From NCBI GenBank assembly GCA_963712745.1, contig CAVQJC010000015.1, positions 32,001 to 96,000 of the forward strand: a DNA stretch of 64,000 bases, in the 5' to 3' direction. The position numbers and the translations under genes are program-made. Below, piece after piece: positions 59,085-64,000 of the stretch. Under the pieces are notes generated by a model. It saw only the letters and a list, made by a program, of their open reading frames with translations, did no database searches and was not told where the DNA came from. Every line of letters starts with the position of its first letter. Within the stretch, counting starts at the first letter, position 1. The DNA is from an uncultured Chloroflexia bacterium. GTDB taxonomy: Bacteria; Chloroflexota; Limnocylindria; Limnocylindrales; CSP1-4.

Positions 59085-60326
59085 CTACGGGCAGGTGGCG
59101 AGGCTAGAGCTGTCAGACATGCGTGAGACGAGCCGAAGATCGGTCCAGAGCAGATGGGAGGCCGACTGGTCGCGCTTGGTGTCGGTCACGCGCAACTCGA
59201 GTGGTTCATCGGTCAGGGCGCCGGCTACCGTCCAGAACGAACCACTCACGTCGCAGGCGTCGATGATCTCGACGTAGGCATCACCCGAGCGGTACTCCCA
59301 GAGGTCACCCTCGGTGTCACTGCCCACGAGCGGACCGACCAGCGGCACGGGCGTGGCCTCACCGTCGGCGCGGACCAGCTCGACGCTGAACCGCTCGTCC
59401 ACGATCTGGGGCGGACGGATGGCGCGGTCGTCCTTGATCCAGCCGGATTCGGCGAGGTAGTAGTCCGTACCGAGCGTCTCGAACTCGAAGTCAAGGTGGT
59501 GCACGTTGCCGACCTTGCGCAGCCCGAGGTCCTCGATGATGCCCTGGGGCACGCGGCCGTTCTTGGCCGTCTCGAACGCCCGGCGCACGCGCGCGGTGGT
59601 GACGCTCTTGAGGCGCTTGTCGAGCTTGTCGCGGGGCGGGATCATGCCCTCCTCCCCGGAGAAGACGACGCCCTCCACGCGCCGGGGCGTGCGACCCTCG
59701 GCGATGAGGTACAGCTGGTCATATTCATCGCTATCGTCGATGGCCACGACCGGGGAGCCCTTGCTGATGACCTGCGCCTCGAAATCGGATGCTCTCAGCC
59801 GGCGATAGGCATCCTTGCGCCCAAGCGAGCTCAGGTCGACATCGTCGGTGAAGTCGCCGCCGCGCGCTCCGGCCGCCGTGAAGGTCACGAACCCGGAAAG
59901 GCGGGGAAGACCACCGGTCGGTCCGTCGTCGCAGATGGGCAGAGCCTCAGGCGCCAGGACCGTGCCGACGGGATTGCCCGGCTCGAATGGTGGCAGCACG
60001 ATGTGTTCGGTCCGGCCACTGACGAGCTCGGTGATCCTGAGCGGGACCGCGGCACCGGACAAGCCGGCACCGAAGACCCACATGCGGTCGTTCAAGGCAC
60101 AGCCGTCGATGACCTGGATGGCGAACGGCGCGTCCTCCTCGTCGTAGAAGTGCAGCGTGCCCGGCTCGATGGGATAGAGCAGGTCACCATCAGGCAGCTC
60201 CAGCGTGGCCAGCAGGTCCGGCTCGCCCGAGGCCGCGCCCACAGGAAGAACTACCAGCGCGCACGTCAACACGGCCGAGACGCCGGCTACGAACAGGCGC
60301 TGGAACGCGTGGGACGGTGACTTCAT
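59085..60326 (-). CDS. Secreted hypothetical protein with two copies of an IDxC..N..(M/F)WxxxxxL module
   Basis: QVIDGCALNDRMWVFGAGLS and EIIDACDVSGSFWTVAGALT; signal peptide. Confidence 0.7.
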   Translation of the reverse strand: MKSPSHAFQRLFVAGVSAVLTCALVVLPVGAASGEPDLLATLELPDGDLLYPIEPGTLHFYDEEDAPFAIQVIDGCALNDRMWVFGAGLSGAAVPLRITELVSGRTEHIVLPPFEPGNPVGTVLAPEALPICDDGPTGGLPRLSGFVTFTAAGARGGDFTDDVDLSSLGRKDAYRRLRASDFEAQVISKGSPVVAIDDSDEYDQLYLIAEGRTPRRVEGVVFSGEEGMIPPRDKLDKRLKSVTTARVRRAFETAKNGRVPQGIIEDLGLRKVGNVHHLDFEFETLGTDYYLAESGWIKDDRAIRPPQIVDERFSVELVRADGEATPVPLVGPLVGSDTEGDLWEYRSGDAYVEIIDACDVSGSFWTVAGALTDEPLELRVTDTKRDQSASHLLWTDLRLVSRMSDSSSLATCP

Positions 60327-60594
60327 ATGGAGAGGCTATCCATCCTCGTCAACCGGCGCTCGGTATTCGAGATGGAGCGTGCGCCACGACGTGGGGCTCG
60401 TTACGCTTCTCCTCCACATCAGCACACTCCGTCGGTGGTACGGCCGGCGGGGGGACCCGGCGTCGAGATCGATTACCGGCCGAGCCTAGCACCGACCGGC
60501 ACCACGCCGTGGCTCAGTCCTCTGCGGTCACCTGCCGACCCGTCGTGACAGGATAAAGCGCCACTTCGCTCGTCTCGCGCCCTCGGACCCGCGA

Positions 60595-60834
60595 TCAGTC
60601 GGTCGCCGGATCGGCCTGCGGGCGGCTCGACTGTCGTACGCATTCGGCCAGGGCCTCCTCGACGGCCGCGATAGGCTCGATCAGCGTGGCTCGGACATCC
60701 GAGTCGATGGCCAGGCTTGCCAGCCAGGACCGAGCGGCGCGCGCACCCGCCAGCGCCTGCTCCACGTCGACGCCATCGGCCCCTCGATAGCCTTCCCGAA
60801 CGGCTGTCGTGACCCATTGCTGGACCATGTACAT
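60595..60834 (-). CDS. Small helical hypothetical protein
   Basis: ATG overlaps the upstream TGA (TGATG), suggesting translational coupling. Confidence 0.5.
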   Translation of the reverse strand: MYMVQQWVTTAVREGYRGADGVDVEQALAGARAARSWLASLAIDSDVRATLIEPIAAVEEALAECVRQSSRPQADPATD

Positions 60835-61634
60835 CAGGCTTGCTCACCCAGCCCAGCCGCGATGCGCTCGAGCCTCCGCTTCTGGAAGACTGCGTTGTCC
60901 TCGTAACACCAGATCCAGCCCTCGTCCATGCGGATCGAGCGCATGAGCGGGTGCCCGACCTGCTCCCAGTGGGCCTTGGCGTGCTTGTTGGTGGAGGTGT
61001 CGCAGCAACCCACGTGGCCACAGGAGAGGCACATGCGCAAGGCCGGCCAGATCTCCCCTGGGCCGCAGTCGTCACATGTCGTGGCTGCGGTGCTGACCAC
61101 GCGGATATCGCCGAGATGCGAACAGGGCTTGTCCGCGACCTGGCCGGTGAACAGGACCTTGACCAGGAAGTCATCGAAGACCACGGGGTGTGGCGTCGGC
61201 AGGTGCATCTGGTCGGGCGGGTTGACCAGGCCCAGCGAACGCAGGATGGCCAGGGCCCCGGGCGTATCGATGGCCGCCTCGAACGCGAAGCGATCGTCGA
61301 CCGAACGGATGCGCACCGGGATGCGGAACTCGTGGGACTCGCCTGAAGGCGCGGCACCCCAGAGCTCGCCTGTCCACGTGCCACCGATGACGACCTCGCC
61401 TTCGATGACGTCGTCGTGCAAGACCCGCGGCCCGACCAGGGCCACACGCAGGTCGGGAGCGGCAACTTTGAGCTCGGCAGCGAAGCCGCGGTAGACCTCG
61501 GTCGCGGTCGGCTCGTCGTCGACCGGGACGTGGACGTAGAACTGCGGAGCGACCAACTCATCGATCGCGCCCAGGTCTCCATCCCCGTAGCGCGTCAGCA
61601 ATCCTCCGATGCGTGCGATCCGTTCGTCGGTCAT
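60834..61634 (-). CDS. SnoaL-like ester cyclase domain fused to a UBP-type zinc finger
   Basis: GDLGAIDELVAP..APDL..GTWTGELWGAAPSG; C-terminal CSHL..CDDC..LRMCLSCGHVGCCDTS.NKHAKAH..HP..W.WCYED. Confidence 0.85.
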   Translation of the reverse strand: MTDERIARIGGLLTRYGDGDLGAIDELVAPQFYVHVPVDDEPTATEVYRGFAAELKVAAPDLRVALVGPRVLHDDVIEGEVVIGGTWTGELWGAAPSGESHEFRIPVRIRSVDDRFAFEAAIDTPGALAILRSLGLVNPPDQMHLPTPHPVVFDDFLVKVLFTGQVADKPCSHLGDIRVVSTAATTCDDCGPGEIWPALRMCLSCGHVGCCDTSTNKHAKAHWEQVGHPLMRSIRMDEGWIWCYEDNAVFQKRRLERIAAGLGEQA

Positions 61635-61668
61635 GCGTCCCTCCTCTGTCTCGGTCGGCCCCGCTCGT

Positions 61669-63279
61669 TCAGGACAGCGCCGATGTGATGGCTGATGAGG
61701 ACTTGCGGCCACGCAGGAACCAGGTGTGCGTGGGCCCCATGCCCTTGAGGTCGACCACGCCCCGCGGCTCGAACTCGAAGCGGTCGGCAAGCCGGCTCTG
61801 CACCGAGTCGGTGACCTGGATGCGCTCGGGCAGGCCGTGGGCCTCGAGGCGGCTGGCCGTGTTGACGGTGTCCCCCCAGACGTCGTAGATGAACTTCTTG
61901 GCGCCGATGACCCCGGCCACGGCCGGGCCGGCGTGGAGGCCGATGCGCATACGGATGGGATGCGACTCCGTACGCGCCTCGAGGATGTCGTTCAGGTCGA
62001 GTGCCAGCGAGGCCACGCGCGCAAGGTGGTCGTCGGCGTGAGGCGGCAGTCCGCCCACCAACATGTAGGCATCGCCGATGGTCTTGATCTTCTCGAGCTC
62101 GTAACGCTCGACCAGCTCATCGAGGTGGCGGAACAGTTCGTCGAGCAGGTCGATGACGCGCTCCGGCGGCAGGTCGCTCGACATCTGCGTGAACCCGACG
62201 ATATCGGCGAACAGGAGCGAGAGGTCCTCGTGGCGGTCGGCGATGACGGTCTCGCCGTCGCGCAGTCGCTTTGCGATGGGCGCGGGGAGGATGTTGAGCA
62301 GGAGCTTCTCGTTCTCCGCGTGGGCAGCCTCTACCTGTCGGGCCGCGGTGATGTCGGTGGCATAGAGGTTGATGAAGCCGAACTCGAACGCGGCCACGGC
62401 GGTCATGCGATAGAGACGTCCGCCGGTCTCGATCTCGAAGCAACACTGGCCCTGCGCGATCTCTGAGCGGATGGGATCCATCAGGACGGGCGGCACCGGC
62501 TCGCCCTCCACCAGCCCGAAGCCCTCGCTGATGTGTTCGCTGGCTGGATTGGCGAAGAGCAGGACTCCGTCGCGCGACACGCGGATGACCGGGTTGGGGT
62601 TCTGCATCGGGAACCGACGTAGGGCTCGAAGTGCCGTCACGTCGGTGGCGTAGATGTTGACGAAGCCCATCTCCGGGATGACCACGCAGGTCAGCTCGAA
62701 CCAGCGGCCGTCGCCCTGGACCGCGACCTTGTGGGCGACACCCGGCTCCTCGGCAGCCTGCAGGTCCGTCCATAGCTGGATCGGCAACGGCTCATCCTGG
62801 CGCAGATCGAGAGCAGTCACGATGGGCGCGCTGGCGGCGTTGGCATAGAGCAGCACGCCCTCTGTCGAGACCCGCAGGACCGGGCTCGGATTGCGCTCCG
62901 GAAATCGCTCGACGGCCTTGGCAGCCGTGACGTCGGTGGCGTAGACGTTGACGAAACCGAACTCGGGCGATGCCACTGACTTGAAGCGGAAGGTGCGGTG
63001 ACCGATCTCGACCTCGGCGAGCGGGTTCTGGGCGTCACCAAGAGCCTCGCGGAGCGGGCGGAGCAGGGTATCGGGCAGCACCTGGCCCTCGGACACACCG
63101 AGGGCACCGACGAGCGCCGCACTGGCCGGGTTGGCGTAGATGAGCGTGCCCGCCTCATCCGTACGCAGCACCGGGTTGGGGTTCTGGTCGGGAAAGTGCT
63201 CGGCCGCCTCCAGTCGTCTGCGCACGCGCTCGTCGTGGGCGGCGTGATGGTCGTGGTCTTCCCGCGTCTGGTCGGCCAT
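61669..63279 (-). CDS. Triple PAS-like repeat class III adenylate/guanylate cyclase
   Basis: Three FPxxNPxPVxR...ANxAS repeats; LLLNILP, FADIVGFT, KIKTIGDAY, YDVWGDTVNTASRLE. Confidence 0.93.
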   Translation of the reverse strand: MADQTREDHDHHAAHDERVRRRLEAAEHFPDQNPNPVLRTDEAGTLIYANPASAALVGALGVSEGQVLPDTLLRPLREALGDAQNPLAEVEIGHRTFRFKSVASPEFGFVNVYATDVTAAKAVERFPERNPSPVLRVSTEGVLLYANAASAPIVTALDLRQDEPLPIQLWTDLQAAEEPGVAHKVAVQGDGRWFELTCVVIPEMGFVNIYATDVTALRALRRFPMQNPNPVIRVSRDGVLLFANPASEHISEGFGLVEGEPVPPVLMDPIRSEIAQGQCCFEIETGGRLYRMTAVAAFEFGFINLYATDITAARQVEAAHAENEKLLLNILPAPIAKRLRDGETVIADRHEDLSLLFADIVGFTQMSSDLPPERVIDLLDELFRHLDELVERYELEKIKTIGDAYMLVGGLPPHADDHLARVASLALDLNDILEARTESHPIRMRIGLHAGPAVAGVIGAKKFIYDVWGDTVNTASRLEAHGLPERIQVTDSVQSRLADRFEFEPRGVVDLKGMGPTHTWFLRGRKSSSAITSALS

Positions 63280-63471
63280 GGGCCTGGGTCCCTCTGCCTG
63301 CGCCCCCCGCGTCGGCAGCAAGTGTGCGGCCCTGCCCGGCGTGGGTCAACCGCCTCCGAGGAAGTCGACGAGCGCGAGCGTCACGACGGACTCCTGGCAT
63401 GGACGTCCGCTGGGAACCCTTGGCTGATCGCACCCGACCCGGCATTTGACCCACCCGCCTACCATGCGCCG

Positions 63472-64000
63472 ATGGATGCAGTCATCGTGGGGGCGGGACA
63501 TGCGGGGTTGGCCGCGAGCCATCAGCTCGCCGGACGAGGAGTGGAGCACGTCGTGCTGGAGCGCGACAGGATCGGCGGGTCGTGGCTGGGGCAGCGCTGG
63601 GACTCATTCACCCTGAACACGCCTTCATGGATGAATCGCCTGCCGGGAGAGGGCGATGGGGAACTGGCCGAGCCACTCGACGGGTTCATCGGCCACGGCG
63701 AGCTCGTCGACCGCCTTGAGCGCTACGCGCGAGACTGGGAGCTGCCGGTGCGCGAAGGCGTGGAAGTCGCACGCATCGAGCAGGTCGACACCACCGGCCG
63801 CTTCCGGGTCCACACGTCCGGCGACGCGGAGCCGTTCATCGACTGCCGCTCGGTGGTCGTGGCCTCAGGCATCCAGAACGTACCCAGGATACCGCCGGTC
63901 AGCGAGGCTCTGCCGCGATCGGTGCTGCAGCTTGCCGCGCTCGAATATCGGCGCGCTGCCGACCTCCCGCCGGGCACCATCCTGGTCGTGGGTGCGGGTC
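63472..64000 (+). CDS. Flavin-containing monooxygenase-like FAD/NAD(P) oxidoreductase (5' part; runs off the window end)
   Basis: Manual translation: MDAVIVGAGHAGLAAS...VVLERDRIGGSW..QRWDSFTLNTP...VVVASG...ILVVGAG. Confidence 0.88.
   Translation, partial: MDAVIVGAGHAGLAASHQLAGRGVEHVVLERDRIGGSWLGQRWDSFTLNTPSWMNRLPGEGDGELAEPLDGFIGHGELVDRLERYARDWELPVREGVEVARIEQVDTTGRFRVHTSGDAEPFIDCRSVVVASGIQNVPRIPPVSEALPRSVLQLAALEYRRAADLPPGTILVVGAG

Noticed and set aside
1-64000. tRNA, rRNA or known riboswitches
   Set aside because: None recognised by eye; a covariance-model search (tRNAscan-SE, Rfam) would be needed to exclude them.

Overview
High-GC bacterial chromosomal window. Gene style (ECF/anti-sigma pairs, STAND regulators, many apparently leaderless genes) suggests Chloroflexota such as Limnocylindria, which is an inference. 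Contents in order: cydA 5' part; an XRE-HTH/PD-(D/E)xK-like nuclease gene embedded in palindromic repeat arrays; a feoA/split-feoB/feoC operon; DUF2202 plus a BaeRS-like two-component system; an ADP-ribosylglycohydrolase-phosphatase fusion; two ECF sigma/anti-sigma loci; a fructose-type ABC transporter with a truncated ROK kinase; a Phd/VapC toxin-antitoxin pair; STAND-LuxR and STAND-cyclase regulators; a 13-kb amino-sugar catabolic cluster ending in nagA; cell-wall hydrolases; and several uncharacterised secreted proteins. Three observations stand out. (1) The REP-like palindrome arrays around the HTH-nuclease gene. (2) An exact 772-bp duplication that grafts a secreted protein onto an anti-sigma factor as its sensor domain. 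(3) All six frameshifts I found lie at or next to GATC, pointing to methylation-linked sequencing errors rather than pseudogenes. No rRNA, tRNA or true CRISPR array was recognised. All family calls are from motif recognition by eye; no database searches were run.
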